This document shows, in pieces, positions 1-14,433 of a DNA stretch of 64,000 nt. Both the position numbers and the translations under genes were made by a program. Each line of letters opens with the position of its first letter. Position 1 is the stretch's first letter. Origin of the DNA: Eledone cirrhosa (lineage: Eukaryota); the NCBI GenBank assembly GCA_964016885.1, contig OZ024741.1, forward strand, positions 94,302,001 to 94,366,000. Direction: 5' to 3'. The notes beneath the pieces are model-generated. The model saw nothing but the letters and a program-made list of their open reading frames with translations, did not search any database and had not been told where the DNA came from.

Positions 1-362
1 ACACACACTCACGTACACCTACACACATACACAAACACCACCTTCAACCTTCCCCGCTTCGACCCCCGCCTCCCTCGCCCAACTCCACCCGCCACCACCC
101 TTACACACCTTACATCCTTCCACCAATTGCTCATCTTATTGTTAAATCTTATGTTTATTTTTCGTTTGTTTTTATTTTTATTTGTTTTCCTTCCCTCTTT
201 TTTCTAAATGTATTTCCACACACCCTCGGAACTCTCTTCCTAACCTATTTATCCTGAAGAAGGGCTTATTCCCGAAACGTTGCCCCCCCCCCCTCTCAAA
301 AGCGTGAACCTAATAAACCTTTATTTGTCTGCCTCTCTGTTTTGTTCCCGTATAAATTTGCA
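1..362 (+). mobile_element. Probable 3' end/pseudo-LTR of a Penelope-like element with a degenerate hammerhead motif
   Basis: C-rich then T-rich tract, followed by CTGAAGA(254-260)-A-GGG cttatt CCC-GAAA-CGTT and AATAAA at 312-317, ending at (TA)n. The 3' strand of stem I is replaced by poly-C. Confidence 0.5.
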
Positions 363-397
363 CTATATATATATATAAATATATATATATATATTTA

Positions 398-563
398 TTA
401 GAATAACAGATCAAAGTTAAACAAAGAATCGCTGCTTTCACCCTTAACGGGATCTTCTGAAACTAAGAAAATTCAATCTATGGATTTTATATATTTGATA
501 TATATTTATCCTTATCGAGCCCTTTTTGGATTTTAGTCAACACATTTATTATTTTTATTACTA
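398..563 (-). mobile_element. ~160-bp HHR-bearing short element (CAGAAGA family), diverged copy
   Basis: Shares aaagaatcgctgctttcacccttaacgggatcttctgaaacta and cttatcgagccc..tttggattttagtc with 18385-18545. Confidence 0.65.
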
Positions 564-803
564 TATATAGGGCGGTTAACTTTGTATATATATATATATA
601 TATATATATCTACATACATATATATAGTAATATATGCATGTTTGTATACACGTATGTAGTTATTTTATAATTGTATATGTATGCATGTAAGCGTTGCATG
701 TATGCGTTGAATGAATACTTCGCTGTGTGTGTGTACATATTTTATGTGTGTATTTCTAAGTTTGCATGTATGTATTTGTTTGTTTGTTTGTGTGTGTGTG
801 TGT

Positions 804-842
<39 letters not shown>

Positions 843-859
843 TGTGAGTGTGTGTCACT

Positions 860-1171
860 GTGTGTGTATTGGTGAATGTATTTACCTGTTAACACTAAAA
901 ACATTATGTATATATGTGTGTATATATATGTATATATATATGTGTGTGTGTGTCTATTTTTCTGTGTGTGTATATATATATATAAACACACACACATATG
1001 TATATATATATAAGCCAATACTCATCTTATTCCATTTCTCCGAGGGTTCTTAACCCCACTATCAGGCTAAATAATTTCTTTAATTTCTTTAGTCAAAATA
1101 CGGCGATAGCTTACATTTCTAATAATTTCAAACCCACTCGCTGTTTCGAAAATATTCTTACTTTATATATT

Positions 1172-1204
<33 letters not shown>

Positions 1205-1342
1205 TTATATATATATACACACACAGAAAAACAGACACACACACACATATATATATACATATATATATACATATATATATATACACATATATACATAATG
1301 TTTTTAGTGTTATCAGGTAAATACATTCACCAATACACACAC
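860..1342. repeat. Local inverted duplication (about 860-1010 versus about 1180-1342) around a ~150-bp insert
   Basis: tgtgtgtattggtgaatgtatttacctgttaacactaaaaacattatg is the reverse complement, with few mismatches, of cataatgtttttagtgttatcaggtaaatacattcaccaatacacaca. Confidence 0.8.
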
Positions 1343-1351
1343 ATATATATA

Positions 1352-1427
1352 TAATTGTTTCTACTTTAGGCACAAGGCCAGCAAATACCCAGTGCATTAC
1401 TGGTACTTTATTTTATCGACCCCGTAA
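1352..1427 (-). mobile_element. SINE family A, 3' fragment
   Basis: ttgtttctactttaggcacaaggccagcaa...ggtactttattttatcgaccccgtaa, shared with many full copies in the window. Confidence 0.8.
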
Positions 1428-1526
1428 TAATATATAATTATTTTATATATATATACGATATATATATATATATCGTATATATATATATAAAATAATTAAG
1501 TCAAATATGTAAAATTTGGCTTCGTT

Positions 1527-1604
<78 letters not shown>

Positions 1605-1644
1605 GTGTGTGTATATATATATATATATATTTATTTATTTATAT

Positions 1645-1683
<39 letters not shown>

Positions 1684-1692
1684 TATATATAT

Positions 1693-1773
1693 ATAACTTT
1701 GATAACTTTGATAGGTTTCGGCCAGTATTGGCCCAGACCATGTCTAGCTTAATAGCACCACCTGGCGAAGTCT
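1693..1773 (-). mobile_element. ~80-bp extreme 3' end of the CR1-group LINE
   Basis: Reverse complement of 5645-5727 (gacttcgccaggtggtgctattaag...ggccaatactggcc...tcaaagtta repeats). Confidence 0.85.
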
Positions 1774-1811
1774 TACAAACACACTTAGATACACAACTAA
1801 CCGTGGATATT

Positions 1812-1862
<51 letters not shown>

Positions 1863-1882
1863 TATATATATATGTGTGTCTC

Positions 1883-1913
<31 letters not shown>

Positions 1914-1952
1914 GTGTGTGTATATATATATATATATGTGTATATATATATT

Positions 1953-2173
1953 TATTAAAATAACAGATTAAAGTATAAGCAAAGAATCGCTGCTTTCACC
2001 CTTCTCGGGATCTTCTGAAACTAAAAAATTCAATCTGTGAATGCAGAAGTAAATATTTCGAAAAAGTTTGCAACCGAAGGAAAACAGGAAGACGATAGGG
2101 TTTTTTATATAATGCATATATATTTATCCTTATCGAGCCCTCTTTCGATTTTAGTCACCACATTTATTATTAT

Positions 2174-2209
<36 letters not shown>

Positions 2210-2319
2210 TTATTTCTGTTATTTTAATAAATATTTGCTCTACGGTTCTTATATATTTGATATATATTTTCCTTATCGAGTCCTCTTTGGATTTTAGTCT
2301 TCAATTTTATTATTATTAC

Positions 2320-2320
<1 letters not shown>
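1953..2320 (-). mobile_element. Two rearranged pieces of the ~160-bp CAGAAGA-HHR element
   Basis: HHR part at 1972-2022; cttatcgag.cc.cttt.gattttagtc blocks at about 2128-2160 and 2271-2305. Confidence 0.6.
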
Positions 2321-2351
<31 letters not shown>

Positions 2352-2413
2352 CATACATACATATATATATGTGTGTTCATATAAGTGAGCGGGCATGAAA
2401 ATATGTATATACG

Positions 2414-2463
<50 letters not shown>

Positions 2464-2620
2464 TGCGTGTGTATTTATATTTATATAACATATATATATA
2501 TATATATATACATATTTTTATATTAGATATGTATATATCATATATATATATATATTTATATTATATATATATAATATGTATATATTAAGTATATAAATAT
2601 ATATATATATAAACTTTTAG

Positions 2621-2668
<48 letters not shown>

Positions 2669-2765
2669 AACACACACACATACACGCATGTATATATATA
2701 TGTTATATATGTATTATATATATGTTATATATGTATTATATATATATATATATAATACATATATA

Positions 2766-3027
2766 ACGAAGGAAGTGTGGTAAGGAACCAGATGGACCAT
2801 AACACACCAGAGTACGTAATACTTAGGATAGTGGAGTGGGTAATAGGAAAATGTTCAACGCCGACGGCAGAGCAATAACAGCACAACCAGGAGCTGGACA
2901 TATCGATGTATTGACGGAGTAAAAGACACTTTAACAACATGTGCACCTGCCTTTCTCACACCAATTCATACTGCCACCGAAATATATATATAGCAGTATA
3001 TCTATAATTTTACATATTTGACTTAAT

Positions 3028-3030
<3 letters not shown>
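2766..3030 (+). mobile_element. PLE pseudo-LTR-like segment with the HHR core deleted
   Basis: caattcatactgc-caccgaaatatatatatagcagta...attttacatatttgactt matches 58664-58760 but lacks CTGAAGA and most of stem II. Confidence 0.55.
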
Positions 3031-3091
<61 letters not shown>

Positions 3092-3187
3092 ATTAAATCA
3101 AATGTGTAAAATTTGGCTTCGTTTATTATATATATATATATATATATTTACTTATTTATATTACATATATATATATATACATATATT

Positions 3188-3295
<108 letters not shown>

Positions 3296-3307
3296 AATAT
3301 ATATATA

Positions 3308-3370
<63 letters not shown>

Positions 3371-3389
3371 ATATAAATAAGTAAATAAA

Positions 3390-3453
<64 letters not shown>

Positions 3454-3477
3454 TACATATATTTATATTATATATAT

Positions 3478-3560
3478 ATAACTTTGATAACTTTGATAGG
3501 TTTCGGCCAGTATTGGCCCAGGGCATGTCTAACTTAATAGCACCACCTGGCGAAGTCTTA
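3478..3560 (-). mobile_element. ~80-bp extreme 3' end of the CR1-group LINE, second copy
   Basis: Near identical to 1693-1773, with the same truncation point (gaagtcttacaaa). Confidence 0.85.
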
Positions 3561-3563
3561 CAA

Positions 3564-3636
<73 letters not shown>

Positions 3637-3754
3637 TAGATATATATTTATATAATATATAATATATATATATATCATAGATATATATTTATATTATATA
3701 TAATATATATATATATCATAGATATATATTTATATTATATATATATATTTATAT

Positions 3755-4043
<289 letters not shown>

Positions 4044-4302
4044 TATATATATATATATATAATTATATATAATTATATATATATATATATATATATATAA
4101 TTATATATATATATAATTATCTCTCTCTATATATATATATGTATATATATATACACAGATATAGATATATATATAATATATATTATATAAATAATATATA
4201 TATATAATTATATATATATATAAATAATTATATATAATTATATATATATATTATATATAATTATATATATATATATATATATAATTATATATATATATAA
4301 TT

Positions 4303-5726
4303 ATCTCTCTATTTTCATATCATTAAGGTATTTGAGAGAATGGTGAGATCGCGAATGACTCACTTCCGTGAGAGTAACAATATGCTGAACTCCAACCAGC
4401 ATGGATTCCGTAATGGAAGGGATTGCCTGACGCAGCTACTGCATCACTTTGATGACATTTTGAGAGCCTTGGGAGAGGGTTCCAACACTGATGTTATCTA
4501 CCTTGATTTCAGCAAGGCCTTTGACAGGGTTGATCACAACATTCTACTGAGAAAGCTGTCCAATATTGGTGTCACTGGAAAGCTGCTGCAGTGGATCAAG
4601 AGCTTCCTGTCAAACAGAACCCAACATGTTGTAGTCGAAGGAGTCAAATCCAGCCCAGCCAAAGTCAGTAGTGGGGTCCCACAAGGCACTGTGTTGGGCC
4701 CACTTCTCTTCATCATCTATATTAATGACATCACTGACATCATCAAACACAGCAACATTAGAATTTTCGCTGATGATTCCAAGCTCCAAAAGGTCATCAA
4801 TGGCGTGGATGACCGGATAAGCATTCAGTCAGACCTACTGGCTGTTACCCAATGGGCGGAAAAGAACAACATGTTACTGAACGAAGACAAATTCGAACTG
4901 ATCCACTTTGGAAAAGAGGATGCTCTGAAACTCCCGTACTCCTTTCCCTCCGGTGAAACTCTCGTGGCATCTAACAACATCAGAGACTTTGGAGTAACCG
5001 TGGACAGCAACATAGGCTGGGCCACGCATATAAGCAGCAAAGTTGACATGGCCCGCAGAATGTGTTCCTGGATCCTCAGAACCTTCCAGTCAAGAGATTC
5101 CCACACCATTATCCTTCTCTTCTCCACTTTTGCGCGACCACACCTTGAATACTGTTGTCCACTGTGGTCTCCCCACACGAAACAAAGTATCATGAAACTT
5201 GAAGCTCCCCAAAGGGCAATCACGAAAAAGATAGATGGCATGTCAGACCTTGACTACTGGGGTCGACTAGAAAAGCTGAAACTTTACTCACTCCAACGTC
5301 GCCGTGAGCGTTATATTATCTGCATGATGTGAAAAATGTTTCATCAGCACTGCCCAAATGATGTTGGCATCACCTTCAAAATACACCCAAGGCTTGGGCC
5401 CCGTGCTATCCGTCCCAAACACAAATCTAAATCGCAACACATAACAACAATACGGCACAATTATTTCACCTCTCTTCAACATCACACCAGGACACGTCAA
5501 AACAGAAACTGACCACACAAAATTCAAGAAGTCTTTGGACAAATTCCTCCAAGTAATCCCGGACAAACCACCCACTCCCGGATATGTCTCCGCAAACAGT
5601 AATTCTCTTCTCGAATGGGCCATGGTGCCCAAATCCTGAGTTGAAAGACTTCGCCAGGTGGTGCTATTAAGTTAGACATGGCCTGGGCCAATACTGGCCA
5701 AAACATTTCAAAGTTATTCAAAGTTA

Positions 5727-5727
<1 letters not shown>
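4303..5727 (+). mobile_element. 5'-truncated CR1-group LINE (RT C-terminal half, 3' UTR and tail)
   Basis: ORF 4340-5332 has QHGFR, YLDFSKAFD, SGVPQGTVLGPLLF, FADD, RPHLEYCCPLWSP and SLQRRRERY. A premature stop at 5330 is followed by more LINE-like sequence, a GGCCA-atac-TGGCC hairpin and a (TCAAAGTTA)2 tail. Confidence 0.93.
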
Positions 5728-5766
<39 letters not shown>

Positions 5767-5803
5767 TATAGATATTATATATATAATATATATTATATAA
5801 TTA

Positions 5804-5849
<46 letters not shown>

Positions 5850-5982
5850 ATACATATATAATATATATATATATAACGTATATATATATATATATATATC
5901 ATATATATATATACATATTTATATCATATATATAAATAAATATATATATATATATATAGAAAAGGCTGCTTCGTAGAATCGA

Positions 5983-6077
5983 GACGTATCCGAGGACCCC
6001 GCGATTTCACAGTCAGGTTTGATCACCACATCGATCGTACATTGAGCTGGTCGCCCGAGAAACAATTGTAATATGTC
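5983..6077 (+). ncRNA. Variant hammerhead ribozyme fold (CCGAGGA core, 62-nt stem II)
   Basis: Stem I gacgtat/atatgtc, CCGAGGA 5990-5996, GAAAC-AATT-GTA, then AATAAA at 6079. The base of stem II is mismatched. Confidence 0.6.
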
Positions 6078-6118
6078 CAATAAATTCCTTTCGTCGCAAC
6101 ACTGATTCTCTTTTTTCT

Positions 6119-6155
<37 letters not shown>

Positions 6156-6200
6156 CGTATATATATTATATATATTTATCATATATATATACATATTTAT

Positions 6201-6235
<35 letters not shown>

Positions 6236-6288
6236 GGAACAGGTAAAAGAGTATATATATATATATATATAATATAAAGGTGTGTGTG

Positions 6289-6336
<48 letters not shown>

Positions 6337-6344
6337 ATACACAC

Positions 6345-6390
<46 letters not shown>

Positions 6391-6409
6391 AATATATATA
6401 TATATATAT

Positions 6410-6443
<34 letters not shown>

Positions 6444-6447
6444 ATAA

Positions 6448-6503
<56 letters not shown>

Positions 6504-6507
6504 ATAA

Positions 6508-6609
<102 letters not shown>

Positions 6610-6611
6610 CT

Positions 6612-7290
6612 TAGGTTAGTAGGAGTTAGGTATTATATACCCGTGTCCCGTTAAGGTATTGGCAGCATAATAATTAGCTCTATGCTTTGGAGCAGAGCCG
6701 TATATATGAAAAAGAACACAAGAGCGTCTACAACATCAAAAGATTTTTATTGGCTTACAATGTTTCTTCCTTACGTAACCGTAGGATTCATCAGAGCTAT
6801 AAAAGGGGTTTGATTGGTGTTATGGACTCTACCAACCAAACACCCAAGAACAAAGAGTAAAGAGAGTAAAGAGCAAAAGTAGGGGACGATAAGTCTAATT
6901 TTGGTGCGGGAGGGTGGGGTGTTGGTCCTTGTTTACTAGCTGCGGTCATCGGGGGTCGGGTGGTTAGCTGAACCATAGATGGGGTGGCGTGGATAGTATG
7001 GTGCAGAGGGTGCGCAGAGGCTACACAAACACAAAGGGCGTAGAATACATATATACATATAGCGGAGGAGAAGGTACATGAGGTAATTAGAAATGGAAAA
7101 AGAGTAATAATAATAATCTATAATTAATAGTGTATAATAATGCATGGGGAAGATTACACTATAATAAGGTATAAAGGTAAGAATAAGGTAAAATATAAAG
7201 GAGGATAAAAGTGGAAATAATAATAAAGATAAAAAATATATAGAGAATATATAAGGAAATATAAGCGAATATTTGGAGGGGAAAACACAA
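6612..7290 (-). mobile_element. PLE-like 3' region/pseudo-LTR
   Basis: The minus strand is pyrimidine-rich like 1-250, followed by an HHR and AATAAA; inserted at (TA)n. Confidence 0.45.
6752..6800 (-). ncRNA. Type-I hammerhead ribozyme (minimal stem III)
   Basis: Minus strand reads gct-CTGATGA-aTCCTACG gtta CGTAAGGAa-GAAAC att GTA-agc, then AATAAA. Confidence 0.7.
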
Positions 7291-7332
7291 TGTAAAAAAA
7301 ACGATTTTTTTCAAACAATAATAAAAAATAAT

Positions 7333-7469
7333 TCCCTTGGCAGCTTGTTGAAGCGGTGAGGGCCTTTGAACCCTAGGCTATTGCAATATTTGCGCCTTAT
7401 AATAGCTGTGGAAGACGGGACCTTTGGCAGCACACAGTGACGTACTGTTCGGGGGTTGGTCCAGCTCCC
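7333..7469 (-). mobile_element. CR1-group LINE C-terminal fragment (different subfamily)
   Basis: Minus strand translates as ...RHCVLPKVPSSTAIIRRKYCNSLGFKGPHRFNKLP, resembling the SL..GP.LFN.LP end of CR1-like ORF2. Confidence 0.5.
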
Positions 7470-7518
7470 ATATATTATATATATATAATATATATAATAT
7501 ATATTTATATAATATATC

Positions 7519-7589
<71 letters not shown>

Positions 7590-7686
7590 TTTATATAATA
7601 TATCTATATATATATAATATATATATATATATATTATAAATATATAATATATATTTATATAATATATCTATATATATATATATATT

Positions 7687-7729
<43 letters not shown>

Positions 7730-7745
7730 TTTATATAATATATCT

Positions 7746-7793
<48 letters not shown>

Positions 7794-7826
7794 ATATATT
7801 ATATATATATATATTATATATATAAC

Positions 7827-7857
<31 letters not shown>

Positions 7858-7921
7858 TATATAATTATTTATATATGATATATATGTTATATATATAATA
7901 TATATGTTATATGTATATATA

Positions 7922-7954
<33 letters not shown>

Positions 7955-8236
7955 GTATATATATATAAATATTTATATATTTATATATGATATATAATAT
8001 AAATATACATATATATATGTGTGTGTGTATATATATTATATAAATATTTATATGTGATATATATATAATATATATGTTATATATATATAATATAAATATA
8101 TATATATATCATATTATCTATATATTATATACATATATATATGTATATATATATGTATATATATATATGAATATATATGTATATATATATATGTATATAT
8201 ATGTATATATATATATATATTATATTATCTATACAT

Positions 8237-8283
<47 letters not shown>

Positions 8284-8480
8284 TTATATATGTATATATA
8301 TATATTACGGTTCTTATATATCTGATATATATTTATCCTTATCGAGCCCTCTTTGGATTTTAGTCTTCAAATTTATTATTATTACTATATATATTTATAT
8401 GTAATATGTAATACAAATATATATAATATAGATATATCTATGTCTATATATATGTATATATATATATATAGATAGGTAAA
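7470..8480. repeat. (TA)n low-complexity tract with a fragment of the ~160-bp element at 8308-8385
   Basis: Direct reading. Confidence 0.9.
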
Positions 8481-8634
8481 TATACACGGGTGTGTATGAT
8501 TGTGTATAGAAGATTATATTAATAAGAGGAATTCCAACTTTGTCTGATTTACTCGTTTTATTTACAATCCTTTAATATTTATAATGGTATTGTAATGAAA
8601 TAGTATGGTAGAATATTAAATTCTAAGTGTTAAT

Positions 8635-8673
8635 TGAACAAGTACTTTCAAGCTTTCGCAATCTTCAGGTTCA
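8635..8673 (-). ncRNA. Minimal type-I hammerhead ribozyme fold
   Basis: Minus strand reads TGAAC-CTGAAGA-ttGC gaaa GCtt-GAAAGTACTT-GTTCA: perfect 5-bp stem I and palindromic AGTACT stem III. Confidence 0.65.
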
Positions 8674-8864
8674 TAATGTGTGGTGACAGTCAAGTTTGCA
8701 ATTTTCAACTGTAATAAGATGGGTAAATTTCCTACCTTTTATACATTTTATATATATATCTATATCTATATCTTTATGTATATATATATATATATAAAAA
8801 CAAATAACGAAACGAAATTAAATTTCGTTTCGTTTGTAACTCACTTTTGTATGACTGACTTAAC

Positions 8865-8915
<51 letters not shown>

Positions 8916-9549
8916 CAGACAGAGAGAGAGAGAGATGTACATACATGTGTGTGAATCCATAAACGTCAATAATAGAATGCCTTGCTGTATGTTGTAATAA
9001 CACTTGTTATAACAATGTTCAGTCTTTCATACCCTTATTTTTAATAGCTTGACTAATTTAATCAATGATACCTTGAAGCGAAATTTATTATATTTTCTTA
9101 AAACGTTCCTTTTTAAAATACACGAATTAACTATCGATCATGCAACAGTGTTGACTATACAAATATGAAATTATAAAGAAATACATTTCAGGAAAGTTTC
9201 ATGTCAAGGGAGGCAACTCTTCCTGTATTAAAATACTAGCGGATATTTTCACCTTTGAAACCAGTAACTTATAATGCAAATACGCATACACATGCAAATA
9301 CAAATATACAATATATTATACACACTAAAGTGTATGAGGTATATATATGCATATATATATTTACATGTGTATGTGTGTGATTGTGTGTGTGTTTGTGTGT
9401 GCGTGTGTGTGTGTGTGTGTATATGCGTGCGTGTGTATGTATGTACGTTCTCGTGTATATATGCATACACACATAGATAGATACTTCCCGTATGCATGAG
9501 TGAATGTGTGTATGTATGTATATATGTGTGTATGCATGCATGTATGTGT

Positions 9550-9755
9550 GAAGGCTCGTGGTTAACTGGTTACAGATTTGGATTTACAATCGTGAGGTTG
9601 TGAGTGCGATTCCCGGACCGGACGAAGCAATAGACTTTATTCCACGTTTATTCAGCTGTAAAAATGAGTTGCGATGTCGCTGTTACCAAGCTGTATCTGC
9701 CGTATCTTTCTCTTGGGCAACATCAATGTAGTGGAGAGGGAAACTGGTATGCATG
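9550..9755 (+). mobile_element. SINE family B (tRNA-derived), diverged
   Basis: caatcgtgaggttgtgagt.cgattcc.ggaccg head shared with 14210-14246; cagctgta.aaatgagttgcga.gtc body shared with 11291-11330. Confidence 0.7.
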
Positions 9756-9904
9756 CGCGTACAATGTACGTGGCAATAAGGAAACAAAAAACAAAGAGAT
9801 AGAGGAAAATAAGAAAAAGAATAAGAAAAAAGAAAGGGAATTATGCAACGAAAGAAAGAAAGATGGGTGGGTGACAGGCTGTACACCCCAGTCTAAGCAG
9901 TGTT

Positions 9905-10103
9905 TCAGCTGCACCCTGCGGATAAAATGCTAAAGGTATTGCCAGTGACACCCGCTGCAACGACCACTCCATCTCACAGAGCTCCTTCCTCAGGCGGGCT
10001 ACTGTCTTTCTGATTTTACGAAGGAAATCAGCAGTGCGGGAACCAAGGACACCCAAGGTCTCGACGTCGACCGTTACGAAAAGGTAGCGTTCGGTCAAGC
10101 CCG
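9905..10103 (-). mobile_element. CRE-clade LINE 3' fragment
   Basis: ERYLFVTVDVETLGVLG...EMEWSLQRVSLAI parallels DRFAVVPLAVETSGVLG...ELEWLFQRVSLAV at 53070-53240. Confidence 0.75.
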
Positions 10104-11259
10104 ATAAAAAGTTTGAAATAGCTGTGATAAATTCTATTTAAATTAGTTAGATGTGGTATATTTAATGAAATAATTTAAAAAGTCACATTAAGAAGTCTCA
10201 GTCAAAAGTCATTTTGTACCATATGATTTCTATACGTGACCTCTTAGGAAACTATTTAAAAAAGGAAAAGTGCAAATTGTCAGATCGGACCCATTGGTCT
10301 TTTCATTGCTAATACTGTCTGCCGATCACAACTGATAGAATGAGGCGAGATTTGAACTCAAACTGCAGCGAGCCGGGACAAGTACGAAGGCCTTTAATCC
10401 AACGTTTTAACGACTCTACCAATTCGCTGCTTATTGTCAGAAAAAAGTAGTGACGTTTCTTGTCAGGTGTTGCGACTGACAGATTGTATCATCAAAGGAA
10501 AGACCAAATGAAACACATCTTCTTTGTGTCTATCTGGCAATCGGCTTCCTCCCATTTTCTTATTCTTATTTTCAAAATATAATCCGAAATTTGTCTGAAA
10601 AAAATTTGAGAGAATAGAAGTCTGAAATTTTAGTCAAATTTATCGAGCTATATTTATTTATCTGCACCGATATTTATTAGACATCAATATCATTTGAGGT
10701 AGGTTATCACTTTTCATGTGAGTGTCTAAGATGCCCGTATGAGCATATTATATTATGGTAATCTACACAATTTACTCATCCAATACCAGATAAACCTAGT
10801 AGCAGGAGTTGGCATATGTTACTAGCCATGCCAAATGCTTATCGTTACAGTACTATACTGACTTCAACTTTTTTTATAAACGACTGTACGTTTAAGTTTG
10901 ATCAAATACTCGGACTACTTACATACATTTTAAATGATCAAAGCCATCAATTCCGTTTGGAGGATTCTGCACTTCTCAATTACTACAGTCCTTCATCTCA
11001 TATGAACAACTGGGGTGTTAAAGGTCGATTCAATATCATGAATACATAGGAGATCCAATACCCTTTAAATTGTAGTAATTAACAATATGCAAATTGCATA
11101 TTGTATGCAAATTAATTGGCAACGGTTAATGTGCAGGCTTACTTCATTTATGTCTCTATTGCGATGCATTAAAATCGTTGTACAATTATTGAGGCTAATT
11201 ATTGTGGTTTTCTTTAATAAAATCGATAGAACGTATCAAATTATGACTAGTATATTATA

Positions 11260-11515
11260 GACACTTTATTTCACGTTACTCCAATTTACTCAGCTGTAGA
11301 AATGAGTTGCGACGTCACTGGCACCAAGTTGTATCGGTCTTTACCTTTCCTTTGCACAACATCAGTGAGGTGGAGAGGGGAGACTGGCATGAATGGGCTA
11401 CTGCTGGTCTTCCTCAAAAACACCTTGCCTGGTCTTCTGCTTTGGAGGGGAGCTTTCTAGATGCAAAAACCATGATCATTCGTGAACGAGGGGGGGGGGG
11501 GGCTTTACAGACTGG
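11260..11515 (+). mobile_element. SINE family B, 5'-truncated
   Basis: agacactttatttcacgtt is shared with 14274-14292; the body is shared with 9633-9755. Confidence 0.7.
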
Positions 11516-11683
11516 CTAATGTTAACCAGGATCTTTAAATCTAATCTGGATTTGTAAACAGGTAAGATATATTTAATTTCGCGTTTAACATTGCGCTATT
11601 AAGAAATGCTATTACACACACACACAAAAAGCTTAAATTAATATAATCACATTTTTAACATTAGAACACTAAAATAAAATGTA

Positions 11684-11897
11684 CAGGGTGGGTCAGAATT
11701 CATGACTCACTTGATTATTTATAAATATATTAACATAAAATGTTATAAAACAAGGTAAAGAATATAATACCATATACAGGCATAGATAAGATCATGAACA
11801 AGATACGGTAAGCACACAAATGTACACATTTAATTAATAACAATAACATGTTAAGAAATATAACTAACAAGCGAGTCATGAATTCTGGCCCACCCTG
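11684..11897. mobile_element. Tc1/mariner-type MITE (214 bp)
   Basis: TA-CAGGGTGGGTCAGAATTCATGACTCACTTG ... CAAGCGAGTCATGAATTCTGGCCCACCCTG-TA: ~30-bp TIRs with a TA target duplication. Confidence 0.9.
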
Positions 11898-13189
11898 TAC
11901 ATTATACTAAAGCTGTGTGTGAGAAGAGAGCATTTAAACTGTGTATCTTAGTTTCTTAATAAACACTACTATATATTAATGAATTTGTGTAGTGTTTTAG
12001 CATTTAAGCCTTGTATTTTTAGGTTTCTTTTAATATGAAATCGGGATCTACAGTCAGTAGTCCAATCTTCAAATTCTCCACAGTATTTATCGCATCTAAG
12101 CTGCCCTCATTCAGGGTTAACTTTCTAAATATCACTAACATGTCCGCTAGCAGGTAAATATAAATCTTTAAGTAAAATAATAAATAATGCAGCCCTTTTA
12201 TTTATTTTAATTAGTCTCCACCTCGTTGTTAGCTTACATTTGCATATTCGCCCATCAAATATGTAATTGAATTTTTAAATAATATGATTTTAAAAACTAG
12301 GTAGATTTTTAATTTAGGACCCATTTGGTAAAAGTTTAGTGACCCTGCATTGGCTTAATCCTGCCCTGTATTCACCAATTATTATTTATATTTATTAATA
12401 CAAAATACATAAACAATCGTATATGTCTTCTTAAACACTTCTATTATGAATCACACTACGTTAGTGCTACTGAAACTTTATTCCAAACCAGTCACTCTCG
12501 CACTATATACAAATGTGCATCTCCTGCAGATGTTGTATATGGAAAAAGTATATAATTTTTAGCTTATTCTTGTCCCAATACCGACTAGATAAACGTCACC
12601 AGTATCGGATAAAAACCCAGAAACATTAGTATTTGGCGTTCTCACACGGCTTCTGAGATAGATGTGACACGACTGCATCATAAAACATTCATAGCGATAT
12701 TTATGTATATTTATAAACATATCGTGTATGCCTCCATCTACACCTCTACTGTGAATCACACTATTTCCGTGCTACTGCTAATTAATATAAAGTTGTATAG
12801 AAGTCTTGCATGTTTTTGTAGAAATAAAATTTAATCTTATTGGTTTATATTCTTTCTTTACTTTTTAATCTACTTTAGGTGGTTGTTAATCTGTGGATCA
12901 CTATAAAAAATATTCAACTGAGTCTCACACTTTCTTGAACCACATTAGAGGTGAAATATGAAGAACAACACTCCACTGTTGGTTTCGACATAAATATAAA
13001 TAAGTTCTTAAAGTTAAAGTAAGGCTTGGTCCATAAATGTTTTAATCTGAGAATAGAAAGATTTTAAAAGAAACTTCCTAGACTATGAAGCAAAAGATAA
13101 CTGACATTTATAAATGTGTTGAATTGTTTATGATTTTATACGATCGCGAATACAAGCGGCCGAAATGGGATTCCTCCGAAATGGGATTC

Positions 13190-13425
13190 CTACTCGATAG
13201 AGTGCGTAGCTCGGAGATCAGAGTTACTCCAGGTTCAACCGCTACTTCGCCGACCGAATTGAGAGATCACAGCTCCAATACAATGGGCATATGGTTAGAA
13301 TGTCTCGGGAAATAATCACCAGACAGATTTTACGGGTGAAACCGATAGGTAGGAGACTCAGGAGTAGACCCCAAGTAAGATAGTTGGATAACATCCATGA
13401 GTTTGGCTGGTCTCGCTTGGGGAGA
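13190..13425 (+). mobile_element. RTE-clade LINE 3' fragment, decayed
   Basis: DRVRSSEIR motif and ggtagacccc..g....gatagttggataacatcc (RGRP..W.D.I-like); homologous to 20440-20685 on the minus strand. Confidence 0.65.
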
Positions 13426-14141
13426 CCAGTAACTAAATATATATTAAATTTGGTGTGAATTTGCTCCGCAATAAAACCCTCCAGATATTTAACTGCGATT
13501 AAACCTCTATAGAAGAGTAGTGGTGAAATTTTGAATACGCCTCCTGATTAATTCAGCAAGAACGGAAGCTCTCCTCTAACTGAGAATACTAGTTTCAATA
13601 TGTTAACCGGAAAAGCATCGCTAACCTTGTAAGATACTTCCTTCTAGTATGATAAACGGAAGTGCATCACTAACAGAACAGATTAGTGCCCTTAATATAG
13701 TAAGCGGATATATGTCGCTTCTTAAGTAAACATGAAAATGTATTTACTGGAAGTGCTTTGCTGCGTGAGCAGATTCGTTCTAGTATGTTAATAAGACCTG
13801 ACTCACTAATTTAGCAAGCTTCTTTTCCTCTATTAATTGCAAATGTATTTGAATATTAAATCAATGCAGAGCGCACTCGAACATAGGACTGGAATACACT
13901 GTCCAATGCAAAATATCAGTTGTTTTTATTGTTTAGCTCCAGGTCAGCTCTGATCATGTAGACTTGTATGTATGAACCTATAATTCCTGATGGAATCGTA
14001 GAGGCACTGTCGTAACATTCCTGGTGGAATCCACCCTCCTCCAGGTCTGAACACGTCCGATTTATTGTACAGAAGGAATGAGAGAGAGAGAGAGAGAGAT
14101 GAGTAAAAAAATATGTATACAAAGAAGAATCGACTCCAATA

Positions 14142-14184
<43 letters not shown>

Positions 14185-14188
<4 letters not shown>

Positions 14189-14312
14189 GGCGCGTGGGTG
14201 AGTGGATTCGCAATCGTGAGGTTGTGAGTTCGATTCCTGGACCGACCAGGCAATGCGTTATGTCCTTGAGCAAGACACTTTATTTCACGTTTCTCCTTCT
14301 ACCTGGAGTTGC
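14185..14312 (+). mobile_element. SINE family B head and central domain
   Basis: B box GAGTTCGATTCC followed by tgtccttgagcaagacactt (a CORE-like motif, recalled from memory). Confidence 0.75.
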
Positions 14313-14397
14313 GACAGATAGATAGTATTAGCAATTGGAAAGACCTATTGAAACATTGTTTCCTTAGTCCGATTCGACGAAAGTCGATCGACTGTTG

Positions 14398-14430
<33 letters not shown>

Positions 14431-14433
<3 letters not shown>

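Noticed and set aside
1012-1070. Possible minus-strand hammerhead (agc-CTGATAG...GAAA...gct)
   Set aside because: The core reads CTGATAG and stem III does not form convincingly.
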